63,231 nucleotides of DNA, filler included, from Choristocarpus tenellus KU-1152 (GCA_964200185.2; 9 parts of 9 records of this genome joined end to end with filler, not necessarily neighbours in it), one strand, 5' to 3'. Counted from the first letter of the whole stretch, positions 26,125-41,010 are shown. Translations and numbers: made by a program. The notes: generated from the sequence alone by a model not told the origin.

Positions 26125-27779
26125 CCACAACGCTCCCCTTCACATTCCTATCTATCTCTACCCTCTCCCAATGGAGGGAATACAGTTGAGAAGATGGTCC
26201 AGGGGGGGATCTGATCTCCCACAACATTTGATCTTGTCAAATATTGAGATGCCAATACTGTTTTTCCACAGTAGAAAGTGAATATTCGTAGGGACTTATC
26301 TGCTACAGTCCCTACGAATAACCAAAGTGAATAGCACTAGCCCGTCAATACTTGGTTTCAACAACACAGTCATGGGAGAGAGGAAGGTCTCTTTTTGTTT
26401 CTAAGGCAAAGAGGATGGAGGGGAACAACATGCAAAGGGGTTGGTAACACCCATCCAATCGCATTGCTGTCCACGTGCCTCCCGTGAGGAAAGAAGTGGC
26501 GACTCCTATTTTATTTTTTTATTGGGGGTAAGGATGGAATCGCCTCAGAATACTACTGCAACTCCAGAGTCTATATACTGCAGTGTACGCTATGCTGTAT
26601 ATGCTTCACGTACGCCTTCCAGGCACCGCATCCGCACACTAAGCCCTGACCCTAACCCTGCCATAGAACAGCACAATAATCCATGTCAATGAAAACCCCA
26701 TTGCTTTACAGTGCAAGATATTCTTTTACCTCTCAAACCCTAACCCTAACGCACTACAATAGTCGAAAAAAAAAAAGAGCTCATCGTTCCCATTATGCCA
26801 CGCAGACTTCGAGCAATCTACGCCTGACACACGCACCTGCTTGAAACGCCTTAGCATATTTACGAAAACCCATGTACTGTAAAAAAATATACATAAAAGT
26901 TTTTGTTCACGATAGCAAGCATTACAAAAAAGAAAAAAAGAATCAACACCGCTCACACAACATTTTGATGTCGGACCATAAAACATACAAAAAATTATAT
27001 TTTTATTCTCACACCGTGACCGTCCGTATACATCATTATTATTATCATTATTATTATTATTAGAAAAAGAAAAATTCAGTATCTGTTCACAAAAATATAT
27101 CAACGTCATAGCATGACAGGAGTAATATCATACATTAGCGGCGGTATGATTCTAAGGGGCACCTGACATCTTTCATAATAAGAAACTTCCAGGCAATTTC
27201 TTGTGGGAGGGGAAAGGGGCAGGGCGGCAGGTCGCTGTACTTCAAACTTGCAACAATGTAATGGCTATATAAACAAAGCCGAGGTTGAAAAAAGAAAAAT
27301 TAAAGTTGGCAATGTCATCTCTTTCCCCTCACACCGGTTTGATTGTCACTACTTCAAGACAAAGCTGGAGGTACTATAAAAACGACCATTCTGAACACTC
27401 TTTCCCCATTATACCATGTGCATTCTTCTAGGAATTAAACAGGACAAGTACTTGAGCTCACTACACCCGGAACTTGTCACTACCTTACTGCACACTAGTC
27501 ATCACCATCAAAAACCAACACACATTCACACACCGACCAATCGGAAACGGCTATTCCCCCCAAAAAATAAAATCGAAACTATCACATCAAAAATCTCATG
27601 CCTTCGACATCTCTTTTTTTTTTGTAATACTTCTATCGTTTTTTTAATACCCTTGTTATTGTAAAGACACCTGACTTGGTCTCTAGTCAGTCAACCACTC
27701 AAGTCAATCAGTCAGCCAATCAAAGACCAGACACAACAAAAATCACAGATAATAATAAAAATAGCTCAATGAGGCTTAC

Positions 27780-28740
27780 GTTCCTGAGCTTCCCCCCTCG
27801 TCCACGGCCTTGGTCAGGGTCCTCAGGAAGGGATTGGACATGCCTGTCACCATCCTCCCCCCTGCCCCAGCATGCTGATGGTTCCTCAGTCCCATACCCA
27901 TACTCATGCCCATGCCCACGCCCATGCTGGCAGCTGAGAGTAAAAATGGGTTCATTGATGCAGCAGCAGCTGCAGCAGCGAAGGGGTTGAACTGTGGGAC
28001 TCCTCCAACTCCCACGCCAACGCCCGTTCCTCCTCCAACTCCTCCTAGGCCTGGCATGAACATGCCCACCCTTTTTGCAAACATTTTGTGGGAAAATAAA
28101 AATGAAGAGAACAAGGTTAAAAAAAAAGAAGAGGCACTTGGAGAGTTACACACAATAGACACGAAGAGGCCTCTATCAGACCCCCTGCAGTTACAGAGGA
28201 TAATAAAAACATTAAAAAAATTAAATAAATGCATCTAAATCGAATCGGAAAAAATGACACAAGATTTTTTTTGCAATTTTTTTTTTTTTTATATTTCTGA
28301 AAAAAAACAAAAACAGAAAGAGGTAGTAAAATAACTACATCACGGGCGGTCAAACGCGCATGGGCGATTGTATGCAGCCTTGAAGTACACCAACCCTTCT
28401 TCTTTTTTTTAAATAACTTTTTTTTTTTAAATAACTTGTCACCACTTTTCTCGTGCAATGTCAGCCATCCTTTAGTCCGGGTTCTTACGATGAATAGACC
28501 CAACCCTAACCCTAACTCTAACCCTAGTCATAGACAGTAGTGACGTCATGGGGTGATATCAAGTCAAAACCCAATGTCTATCATCGCGGAGGGTTTTCAA
28601 GTTTCGGGTCACCTGATTGAATTTTTTTGTTTAACTTGTCCGTTGCCTGTCACCATTTCCAGGTTTACTGAAGGAGATCGGCACTGCACCAAAATAATAA
28701 AAATATATTTATATTTATATTTATATTTATATATATATAA

Positions 28741-28781
<41 letters not shown>

Positions 28782-30671
28782 CGTCAGAGCCAATCATCAG
28801 TAGCCTTTTTTTAATCTGATCTACAACGAAAAGAACTATAATAAAAATGGTAAAACTAACAATAGCAAGAATAATAATTATATTATATCTATGGGGGGAA
28901 GAGAGAGTGGGTACTCGAGCCAATGACAAGTCAGTAGGCAAACCCAAGATTTTTATGTTATAATGGTTGGCTACGTATATATATATATATATTTATTTAT
29001 TTATCAGGTGGATGAGACTAAAAGAAGTCGCTCGGGTAGTAGTTCCCCTAGGAAAAAAAATAAAGAAATCCCCTGCTCACCCACTATATCGACCAATCAG
29101 AAAGGCTTAAGCAATTGCATTCATTTCAACCCATCTGATTTGCACTTGCAATATGCCGTATGCTATCATCTACATTCAAGGATAAATTATCCCCGTATGA
29201 AGCAGGCCTCAGCAACGGTAAAGTCTCCCTGTTATGAAGTCCTATACATGACATGACATGCCTAATTGGTCATTCATTCAAACAACCACAAATAAAAGAG
29301 GGAGAGAACTACGAAAATGGACAAGCAAACATGAAGAGGCAAAACACTACCTGAAAAAAATATAAAAAAATGAAATAAACTCCAACCTTAGCCCTAACCC
29401 TAACCCTGACCCTAACCCCCTTAAAAATATATGCTTAATACCGCAAGTATCACTTTTCGGATTAGGGTTAGGATCTGATGAGCAACAGGCCAACGACCTT
29501 CCAAGCAAACCACATATTGCTGCTGAGTAATATGGAGGGGTTGGGAAATCTATCTAATCCGATGACATTAAACCGATTCAACAGTGACAATGAATGTCAG
29601 GTACAACCCAACAAAAATGACACCATCAGTCTCCTTCACAGGAATCACACCATACAGCACTATATCCCTATTTACACACCCCGTTGTCTTGCCTGGGAGT
29701 CCCTGCACCAGACTGGGATTATCAACTTTGATCACTGCCACCAAGAGACAAGAGATGCGAATCACTGACTGGGATTGAGAATCAGCAAGATCATGTACTG
29801 GGTACAGATATGGTTTCTTTAGTGGGTGTATTTCAGACAGGATGCAGCCCCTGAGCTTGCAACTTTCCCTGTATTGGCCACGAAGTCAATAACCACTGCT
29901 CACTCACTCAATCAGAACAATTCTACCGGCCACCTTTAAACACACAATCAATTTACCCTTCTAATACTTGACTTGAGTAAAGATACGTACCTTCTTTTTT
30001 TTTAAAGAAAATGATTCAGCGCAGGTTACCAGAAGAAAACCGAAACCTACTACCGCACAATCACACAATCACACCTTTAACCTTGCGCTAATCACACATT
30101 TAACCTTGCGCTAATCACACATTTAACCTTGCGCTAATCACACCATCACACAATCACACAATCACACAATCACACCTTTAACCTTGCGCTGCTGAGAAGG
30201 TCAGGAACACACGTTTATGAACAAACATTTATGAACACACATTTATGAACACACATTTATGAACACATATTTAAGAGGGCATCCCTTCCCCCACAGTACA
30301 CATACATACGTTTCAAAGAGTCCGGGACGAAGACACCCTTCCTCCTCGATCCCTCCCAGGATTTTTGTGACATCTCAGCCATTGCCCCCAACTAACCCTT
30401 ACCCAGGTCGGATCACCACCGGCATCTGAGTCCCTGGCTGCCCTGTTCCGGTAGACACCCCCCCAGCAGCAGTAGTAATCCCTGTACCAGCCCCGCCTCT
30501 TGTTCTCAGGTGCTGGAGTTCCGGAGTGGATATGGCTTTTTTCATTCGTGCGTCTGCGCTCTCTCCTGCTAGACACTCTTCACCTCGAGAATCACCACCA
30601 CCACTTCCCCCTGCTCCTCCCATTTGCAGAGAGCTTGAACCCTCTGCATCGTTTGCTGTGGATGCAATCCC
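27780..30671 (-). CDS. Hypothetical low-complexity Gly/Ala/Met-rich protein, internal exons 30671-30403 and 28070-27780
   Basis: AG/GTAAG boundaries; the phase-2 join VIRPG|VGMFMPG is in frame; poly-Ala and (MG)n tracts; RMKKAISTPELQHL segment. Confidence 0.6.
30055..30272. repeat. Compound minisatellite
   Basis: (AATCACAC)n, 23-bp TTTAACCTTGCGCTAATCACACA units, and 14-bp ATTTATGAACACAC units. Confidence 0.85.
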
Positions 30672-31355
30672 CTATTACAATGTGTATTATGTATGTATTC
30701 ATTTAGAATAAAGATTACAAACACAATAAAATAAAAAATAACAGTAAAAAAAGTACAAGGGATTAATTATGCATCAGCACTTGTTGCGTTGCACTGCAAA
30801 ACTTCTGTTGTCACATCGATCATCATGCTGACCACTTCGATACTCTAGCGGCTACATTACTATGAGCTAGAACTGGGTGCCATTCACTAATGGGAAAAAT
30901 GATGATCCCCACAACCCTTTGTGAGGTTAGGGAAGGGGGGAGTGTGGCATTCATAGTATGTATGGGTCTTACAAGCTGCTATTCTTGCTTGCAGATGCAA
31001 CCTCATTTTGAGTGTGTGTGTGTAACACCACATCGTTTGGTAAGGGAAGATACTAAAGATGTTCACCAGGGCGCAATCGTGTTCAATCAACTTTTTGGCC
31101 CAGTACGGAAAAATCTTGGCATCCTAGGAGTAAGCATACCCACCATCGTGGTAATCTACGTAATGTACAAAAGCCCCAGTACCGCCTCCACTAAATTTTT
31201 CGATTCATGCTCATGATCTAGGTTTATCTTCTAGGCACGTAGCACATCCCACTTCATCTTCCACGACAACTGATCGAACGAGTAGTGTGAACAAAGCAAG
31301 AAAAGTGGTTACTGCAGGGAGGGGATTCCATGGCACCCTCCAATGCTCACAAAAT

Positions 31356-32082
31356 TCATGGTATGTTCTCCGACGACGTTATACCCAGGGTCGATGTAGT
31401 GGAGAGTAAGAGAGTCTCTCCACGTCGTCGAGGATGAGAGAGAATTTCAAGATCCTGTTTTATCCCGTCTCCATACTCTACAACCTCAAGCGTGACATGT
31501 CCTTTACGATTGTGTGTCAAAATACGCTGAATCCCCCCTCCCCAACCCAGCCCTATCAAGTTCAGTCCCCTTACCTGCAACGTAGCCCATGACGAGGCGC
31601 GTCTCTTGGATGGCTTCTGTAAGGGGGAGGCGCAGGGGACCGCATGGGTCCACTTGAGCGTTAAATAAGTTCGAAGAAGGATGAAGATAGTAACGGTGTC
31701 CATATTCAGCCGTATGCACGCAATACAGAGCTGGCCAGATGACCTTGCTGCGGTAAATAAAAAGACGGGAGTGTGGAGTAACAGCAAACGTCCACCACCC
31801 ACTGGAAAGATCTCTTATCTCCCAGACACAGTTTCTGACGGCAAGTCATCCGAGCAAAAGAGGATAGCATACCTCAAGGCGAAGGCTGACAAGATTGTTT
31901 TGGTAAAGAGGAAGTAAGAATTGGTACAAAGTGGGCGAGTCTTCAAGATCGAGATAGTCATTGAGCAGAGTCTTAGCCTCACCATGACCCAAGGTGCCTT
32001 CAATCCAATATAAACGAGGTCCAATCCTGTGCCGATATAGAAGCAAGGCTGTGTCCACGTCTGTCAGGTCACAACAGGTGTC
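31356..32082 (-). CDS. Hypothetical protein, three phase-consistent exons (32082-31873, 31743-31575, 31501-31356)
   Basis: GT-AG introns give the continuous reading DTCCDLTD..SLRLE|VIWPALY..GYVA|GHVTLE..; no family recognised. Confidence 0.55.
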
Positions 32083-35000
32083 CTGCAAAAGGGCAGGCGA
32101 CCAAGTAGAAGCAGGTCCTAGAGTACAATCTTGTGATCCATGGACCGAACAGTCAGCATGAACGAACACCAAAATTCTATTTCCCTCACAACGGTTCACA
32201 GATATTTGTGGTTTCTTGAGTTTGGATGTCCCTTCCTCTGTACATTGGTTGTTTTGCCTAGACTTGATGTTGTTGGACCTATCTACACAATAAACAGTGT
32301 TTCAGACGAAATTATGTTACAGACAAAATTAGTAGCAGTTGAGTACTCTCTATACATACTACTTACTCTAAGGTTTCTAATAATAATTAGGAAAACAAAA
32401 GCAAAACAAATGCAAAGCAAGAAAGGGAAAATAAGAAAGGTAAACGAAATGGGTTTCTACGTGTGAACAGATCGTAGGATTATTGATTGTTTGGGTGGGT
32501 ATGAAGATTCTTTGCACATATTTGCTTCACAATATTTACAAAAGTAGTATCTTCCTGCGCCCTCACCACCAGCTTAATAAAATAACTACTAGTGTTATCT
32601 TTAGAGGAATGCATCCCCTACTAAAATATTATTTAGTGAAAACCGTCACCACGGCCTTACTACTAGTGTTAACTTTAGAGGAAGGTGTTTTTACTAGAAT
32701 ATAATATATTATTTAGTGGAAAAAATATTCGATTTCCGGATCTTCCTTAGGCAATGTACAACTTCAATATGATTACCCAACCTTATTTTATTATTATGAC
32801 CTCTGACATTTACATAACCTTATCGTCCACTTCATCAACCACATTGATTCCACAAGAATCCACCGGAATTTACAGATCGATATCACACATCATCACCCCA
32901 CCGAATGGCTTTGAACTTAATTCGCCTCACTCAATAAAACAATTGTTAACCTCTCACTCAGTAACACTCAATAAGCAAATAGTTTAACGAAGAAGAACGT
33001 GTTCCAAAGAATTTGGATTCAACCCATTATCTGACAAAAAAAAATTGAAGGTGATTAAATTGAAACTAGACAGAGGTGTAAAATCGAACATTTAGACCAC
33101 ACAGAATTAGTGCCGTAGATAATGTCAGGGACAGGTTCCTTTTTGGGATCGCCGACACAGACTGTATGTATAAGACGCGCGGTCAGATACAATTCCGCGC
33201 GCCAAACACNNNNNNNNNNNNNNNNNNNNNNNNNNNNNNNNNNNNNNNNNNNNTTAATTAATTAANNNNNNNNNNNNNNNNNNNNNNNNNNNNNNNNNNN
33301 NNNNNNNNNAAAAATCGCGACATGAAAAAATTGACCCCAAATTGACAGCCGCCACCCCCTCCCAGATACTTCGAGCCAACAATAATTTGATGCATCAGAC
33401 AACCACATACGTACGCAATTGCGGAACTTTAGTTTTTCTTTTAGTGTTCCCTGCTGTAAATATTTTCAGGAATAACAAGTAGTAGCCAGCAAATGCCCTA
33501 TCACCCCCCCTCCATTTGCAGGGAACTCTCTAGGTAGTTCCTAACAAAATCTCAAATAATGTGTATGTTCCTATTTATGTAACTTCCCCCACTTTAGGAG
33601 TTATCATGATGGCAATGTCTTGGAGTTTGATGCAACAGAACTAAAAAATAATCCCTCCACCAAAATAAATAAATACAAAATAGATGTAACGTGTAGCCAC
33701 ACAACGTTTGATGATTTTGACTTGATAGGGTGGCAAGAGGAGGGCAGTGATGTCTGCAGTGTTCAGACAGTATCCTCTATCCACTTTAAGCTGAAGGCAC
33801 TGAGAATCTTGGACAACATCAACATCAACATCAACAACAAAAATAGTGTCATAGTGTCTGAAATAGAACGAGTTTGTGACGCTAAGGTGCCTTGTTCATA
33901 CCCATTGATTGTGATGAGTATTAAAACACTGATAGTGAAACACAGGTACGTACAGTGCATCATGGTGAGTTCTGAGAAGTCTTGTTGAGAACAAATAATT
34001 CCAATGGAATAGACACTAGGCCTAAAATACAGGAGGGGGGGGGGTGGAGACTCCCTCTCTCTCTCTCTTCCATGCAAACTCTTCTATGATCTGGGAGGTC
34101 ATTGTGCTGCTGGTGCCTTGCCAGATCCCGATACCTACTACTAAATATTGTATGGGTGGGGTGCCCTTCATCATCTCACCAGCACTTGCAGTAGCCCAGG
34201 TCCAGGAAGCAATGAGTATCAAAATACCCATTGGAGTAGCAATGAAACACTGCAAAGAACTCCACAGCGTTATGCACTGATGTGCTGCAGGTAGAACTAA
34301 CTAAGGGATCAGGCGACAAGTCCAAATGGATAAAAATACTAACACAACAAAATACAATTTGTTGCACAAAAAGAAGTCGTTAGAGTACACGAAGCATACA
34401 TGGGCCGCTCTTATCAATTTGGACACGTGAGACATGCAAATTCAAGTGATGCAAGCAATGAAGCGAGAAAAAAAGTATGAAAAGAAGCTGCCAATTACCA
34501 GCGCCAAGGGGGACTGGATCAACAAACTGTCGATAATCGCATCAAAAAAACGCCATGGAGTAAGAACTCTCAAATAATTTTTGGTATACATAGTAAGATT
34601 TTATTATGTGTCTGACTCTAGATACAACACACATTATCAACCATTCCGTAAACTCCTGGCACGCAAAAAATATTTTTTCACTATAAAATAATAAAAATAA
34701 GGTGAACTTTAATTCACATGGCACTTCCCCTCAAACGTTTCTACTGAAACAGAGTAATGCACTGTGTATAACAGTGAAGTTGAGGTTTTCTAGTGCCCAT
34801 CGCAGGACAACCACATCAAAATTTGTACTAGTAGTGCGATATAGTTTTGAAATCGTTCAATAAAGGCACGTAAAGATAAAGTTATCCGCCCTCCACAAAC
34901 GTTAACCTCTACAGGACGGGTCTGGATAGTTGAGTGTCGTAACAGATACGACAAAAACCGCACACAATCACAGCGAAATATGCAACGTTGGAACAGCATC

Positions 35001-35712
35001 TCACCTATGTTCCCACTATGACATATCACCGAAATAACGTTTTAAATGTATTAATCCAATAATGACGTGCCAACACATGCTTCGTAAGTAGTAATGGTGC
35101 TGCAGAACACAAGGCAACATTTACTTCTCAGAAGTACCCAACACAGGTGAATAGCCAGGTGGTAAGGCTAGGGTCTCAAATCTCTCAACCAATAAAAGGG
35201 CAGCAAATAGGATTAATGCACAACACATAGCCTGCCCTTGAGGCTTAACCTACCAATAGCAAAATCAGTCAACAAAGGTTTATCACCTACAAAACCCTCA
35301 GCACAGTGCTTTTTTCGATCTGCACAAGATGAAGAATTGAAATGGTCGCTGCTAACTCTCTTACATTTCAACCACATGAGATGAATTCATCTGGCAACAA
35401 CGACAAGGTCAACAAATACACATTTGTTCCCACCTTCGCAAGTAGTTGTCACAATTATCTTTGAGAATATCATATATCAGCTGAAGATATGTATCTTCCT
35501 AGTGAACCAATACATGGCATGCTATTCCACCAGCACCTGACCATAATACAAAGCTGTATGTAGAGGCAGGTCAGCAGACTGATAATCTCAGAAAATAAAG
35601 CTCTTTCCACGAACATCCAAAAAAAGGCACAGGCGAGGTGTAGTAGATGACAGTGGCACCAAGGGATTCCTAGAAAGCTTCAGTCGCATTCTGTAAAGCA
35701 ACCTCTACTTAA

Positions 35713-36655
35713 CCTATGACCTTCTCTCCATTCTTCCATACTCCTTCATCAGCAATCCTTCCTAGCACATCAATCAATTTCCTCTGGTTGAATTGCAAGA
35801 GGAAACAAGACAAAGCAGCAGCAGCATTAGAAGCACCTCTACTGAGCATATCACTCCATCAACCGCACTTGTAGGAGTGGTGCATGCCTCTCGTAGATTT
35901 AAGCACACTAAATTTATCAGCAAAAAATATCACAGATCTACAACATACTATAATCACTATGAACAGAAACATCGACACATACGATATATTTAGCCACTTA
36001 AAAATGGCTAAATATTTAGCGCAAGGAGTAAGAGAGACCAAGACACAAACCATTTGCGCACATTGCTATCTAAAGATAAAATGCATTAATTGTACGAGTA
36101 TCATGTATTTGTACCTTAAAACAGCAGTAGTCTATGGACGAGTGGCCTACTTGCCTGTCCATTCTCAAGTGCAATCTACAGCAGTACAGGATGCCCATAA
36201 ACTAATATGCTACTTAGTGATTTCTACACATACCAAAGTTTATCCCACCCATGCAACTTATCCATTTTTCTAACCAAGATCCACGACTAAAAATCGCAGG
36301 GGCAATGCTTTGAGCCAGTATGGGCCTAAGATGAATCTAGACACCTCACATATACTGGAAAACCAAATCAATGTCATCGGTTCATCACAGACAACACTCT
36401 CCTTAGAACAAGCTGTGTTTGTGTACCAGGGGGGGCGCTCAGTGAGGAACTCCAGAGCCACTCACATACACGCAGGAAACCTTCACTGAAAACAGTTCAG
36501 CAAAATGGCATCACTCACCCTTACCACAGCTTCCAAGGCATCAACACCCTCAGCCATACTCCTAGCTTCCTTTACTCACCTGTCCATTTCGTTCATTATC
36601 CCTCCATTCTCGTAGTTCCATGGATCCATCTGAATACGTGATTACCCCCATAGCA
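35713..36655 (-). pseudogene. Possible MORN-repeat-like exon remnants
   Basis: GVITYSDGSMELREW then DNERNGQ after a frameshift, plus exon RKLIDVLGRIADEGVWKNGEKVI with AG/GT ends; a full model cannot be assembled. Confidence 0.25.
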
Positions 36656-38583
36656 ACAACAAAAAACAAACATCTCACCCAATCCCCCTTCTTTAGTATA
36701 CTTCGGCTCCATCCTCTAGACCTCCAGGGTTCTATGTCAAAAAGAGATATGTCTCTGCTGTCTTGGTTGTGAAAATATGTTTATGCAGAGGTGTGTGTGT
36801 CGAACATGGTACAAGAGAGAATAAAGATAAGAAACACCCCTAAGCACCCTCTAGTGGCACACTATCTTCTAATCCATATATAACAATATCCTCAAGCCTC
36901 CCTTAGACGTACCCTAGCCGCAGCCTCAATCCTCTGAACCTCCCCACAAGTCAACCTCCTGTCAACCTACGACCCACCACAAGAGCACACTATCCCACAT
37001 CAGTGTGCTTCCAATTGGTTAGGGAAACACCTCACCGATCAAAACACACAATCATATATACCCTTCAAACACTAGACAGCTTCATCCTGACAACATACAC
37101 ACACAAACCGCTATTACGAATCCACTCATTAATGGAGGAGCTTCATTCACCCTCACTCTATCTAACCGTTTCCATTGCCCTCATGGTAACCCCACGGTCT
37201 GGCTCAAAGTATCTGGGAGGGGGTAACNNNNNNNNNNNNNNNNNNNNNNNNNNNNNNNNNNNNNNNNNNNNTTAATTAATTAANNNNNNNNNNNNNNNNN
37301 NNNNNNNNNNNNNNNNNNNNNNNNNNNAGGGCACACTACAATACTATCAAGAAAATCAAACAAAACATATGCCTGAAATAGGCGGTGAATGCGGTCTTGA
37401 CATACGCCTGTCAAGACTCACACACACCTACACACCTACGCACCTACCTCAGAATGGCCAGGAAGAGCAAGAAAGACCAAAGTGTTGATGACACAGAGAG
37501 GTGGTCAAGTCCCTGGTTACCCTGACGGCCCTGCGGCCCTCTTCCGTCCGTTGACGCCCAAATGGCATCATTCCCCATCCTCGCCACTGTTGGGGATGAC
37601 AGAGGGGAAAGACGTGAGTCACTCGTGTGCCCCCCCCCCCCTGCCTGACAAAACGGAACAGAAGGGTGAGGTCAATAACGCACAGTGGGGGGATGGGGAG
37701 GGACAGAGGGATGGACACAACACAGGGGGGCCGGCGGTAGCAAAACCGTTGCTGATTTACAGGTTGGGGTTGATTGATTAGGCCCTACAAGTTTTGAGGT
37801 TGGTGTACTAATCGATACTGCTAATAATGGTTGTGTAAGGGTCTACCGCCTTGGCAATGACTGAGAGATAGGATTTTTTTTTTTAAACATTGGGACGGAG
37901 TTGAATACCCATTGGGGTCATCACTTTGAAGATACTTGCAGAAGGCAACAGGCGACCTTGAAGCAACCCTTGTGCTACAATGCCAGAAAGGCGTTAATCG
38001 TAGTACAAGAAAGGCACATCTTTGGAAAACAAACAAAAAAGCCCCAATAAATGTTCCCAAAGCGCTTGAAAAAAAGTTGAAAAAACACATTGAACTGTCA
38101 CACAACGACCGACAGGGAAGAGTTCTCAAAAATTGAACTGTATGTTGAGCAGCAGGTGGATGATGCCTCCACCGCGTCCTGAATTACATACTGCGACCAA
38201 TCCATTCCATTCCTACTCACGAGCCTGCTCTGCTAAACCTTGCTTTGGATTGAACATACTCTACCTTCTTGCAACTGAGTTGTTGAACAATCGGCGACTA
38301 TTTATATTTTTTTGATGCAAGAAATCCTTTCTTTTTTTGTTTCTTTTTTTTGCTATTGAAACCGCATTGGTAACGCTTCCGATAAGCGCTCCCGAAAAAA
38401 AAAAGAGTAAGTTCCAGGAGAGCTAATATTCCCAAAGGTTGTATTCCTCGTTCAATTTTGTACTAGTCTCATGAGAGGTAAATCGAGGGTCGGACATCAC
38501 GATACGCTACAGGTGATGGAAAACACAGGCAAATTGCTCAACACCAATGCGTGCTTCATCCAACCAGGCACATAGAATGAGTT

Positions 38584-38588
<5 letters not shown>

Positions 38589-38615
<27 letters not shown>

Positions 38616-38812
38616 TACAACTAATGTGTGCGTGTGTCCACAGTAAAAACGACGCAAAGGACTGAATTACAAATGGTCAAATGTGACAACCTCGCCTGTG
38701 CGATTGGAAGATAGAGCAATAATGGCACAAAAAATACGTATGGCAGCAAGATCAAATCTTACATCACAGCAGCATATATGGCATACTTCAGCCAAAACAA
38801 GACACATTCTTG

Positions 38813-38846
<34 letters not shown>
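38589..38846. repeat. Microsatellites (GT)n at ~38589-38616 and (CT)n at ~38816-38846
   Basis: Direct dinucleotide runs. Confidence 0.9.
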
Positions 38847-38849
<3 letters not shown>

Positions 38850-39173
38850 CCCTTTTGTCACTTGCATCCCCCTCAACAATGCACTCCTTCAAAATATTGC
38901 GTGCACAAACTTACAAAAATCGCATATCAGTCCTTCATTGCACAACAAATCGCACCAACAGGTCACGTCCATACACATCAATACTCACTCGTCAAACAAC
39001 CAATCACACATCCGCCCCCTTTAGTGTGTCAACATGCTAGTCACACACACGCTTCAACTGCAAATAATCAAATAATCAATTAATCAATTAATCAGTCTTA
39101 TCACGAAAATAATCACAACAACAAAAACAACAACAAACCTCATGAAAACAAATTGCTGGTCTTGTCCTCTCAC

Positions 39174-40978
39174 CATATACTCCTCCTGGAGACAGTTGTG
39201 TGAAGACAAATCTCCTCCAAGGTCTTTAGCCTCTCCATTGCCCCCCTTGGGGGACACCACAGTCCCCTTTGGAGACACAAGGAACACGGTTGCATAACCT
39301 CCAAACAGGAGCAGAAGATCCACCACAATCTGGAGTAGAGGTCCAGGACCATACAGTAACATTAGCTAGCAATGCAGCACTGGGGTGAAATCAAATTTGT
39401 GAATTGAAAGAGCATGGCCGGGGAAGAGTAAGCAGTATGATCAAAAAAGAAGGGTGTGTGTGTGTGTGTGTGTGTCACTGAGGTTTTTACGGCCTCTATG
39501 ACTACCTCGGGGTGTAGAACTTATTCCATATGACAAATCACAATATTGGTATTACCCCAAATGCAAAACCACTTCATATGCCTGTAAAACTACCTTAATA
39601 TCACCAAAAACAAAGTACATAGTAAATACTATACCAGTGATAATAATAGCAGTTACAAGAGATAAATCTAAAATATAAGAAAAAATATCAAAAATAACTT
39701 TAAATTGAACTGCTATTGGTCCAGCAGAACCAATTGTACCTCTGCGTTCATTTTGAATACAGTGGAAGGCCCTTCTGTCTATAATTATGTTCACTAACAC
39801 TGCTGCTCTATATCCCCACATTTTGAATACAGTGGAAGGCCCTTCTGTCTATAATTATGTTCACTAACACTGCTGCTCTATATCCCCACTCTCCCAACGT
39901 GGATTGCCTCCATCAATAAAGGGCATGGGCATGGTGTACATTGCACAAGGTTAAAGAAGGAATTCTCAATGAACATCAAGATGGATAAAATTGACCCCCC
40001 TTGTAGATGGTCTCACTCAGGATGCCAGGGGACGGGGTGACACCTCCTCCCCACATACAGCTGCTGCACGAATGGCAAATTTAACCCCATACAGCAGCCT
40101 TACGCTTTATGAGTGTTGTTTGATCGGGCATGGGGCATGATCAGGCGTTTGTAGGGGTACGGTGTTGGCACCAGACCATCAACACCTTGAGCACATTAGA
40201 GCACACGATGCAAAAATGCATATCGATATACTTACATATATATACTTAGGGTTAGGGTTAACAGAATGAAATTAATCGCTTCAACCCTCGGTAACATTCA
40301 TTACTTCGCAGTATTGATTGCAATGATAGGAGAGGAGTGTCGCATGACATAAATCGATCAACTGTGAGGTTTCTTGGCTGTGGTTGTTGAGAATGTGTCC
40401 ATGTGATTGGCACGAGATGGGACACAGCTTCAGGGGAAATAACAGCAGGCCTACAGACAGAGCAGCACCGCCTGAGCAACAACAATTAAACAATTAATTA
40501 GATCAAACATCAACTCACGGCAAACCTCCCTGCTACCATCCCACAGGTTGCTTAAGGAAAAAACAGTGAAAAATCTTCACAAATACCCACCCTATCCCGT
40601 TCAACAGCACCCACCCACTACTGGTGTAGATGTGTTGCCCTTTGCACAAAATAAAACTCCCAACTTTCTCATCGAATCCACAAACAATTTGTCATCAAGG
40701 ATAAAATCAACATCACCACCAGCAAGCACAGTTTCCACTCAATGGCATCAGCAGGAACATACATATATTTCCATGCCAGGTCAAAGTTCATTCCCCAAAC
40801 AGGGATCGCCACAGCGTTGGCTACAGCCTAACACACTCCTGTTGAAAATCCACTACCTAAGTCACACTGCGCAGCGAGTGGCTTGACTCACGTTTGACTC
40901 CTTCAACCTCAAGCATGAAGTAGTGGTTCATCAATACAACTCAGAAGCGCATGCTATCATACCAACAAGCAAACAGGG

Positions 40979-41010
<32 letters not shown>

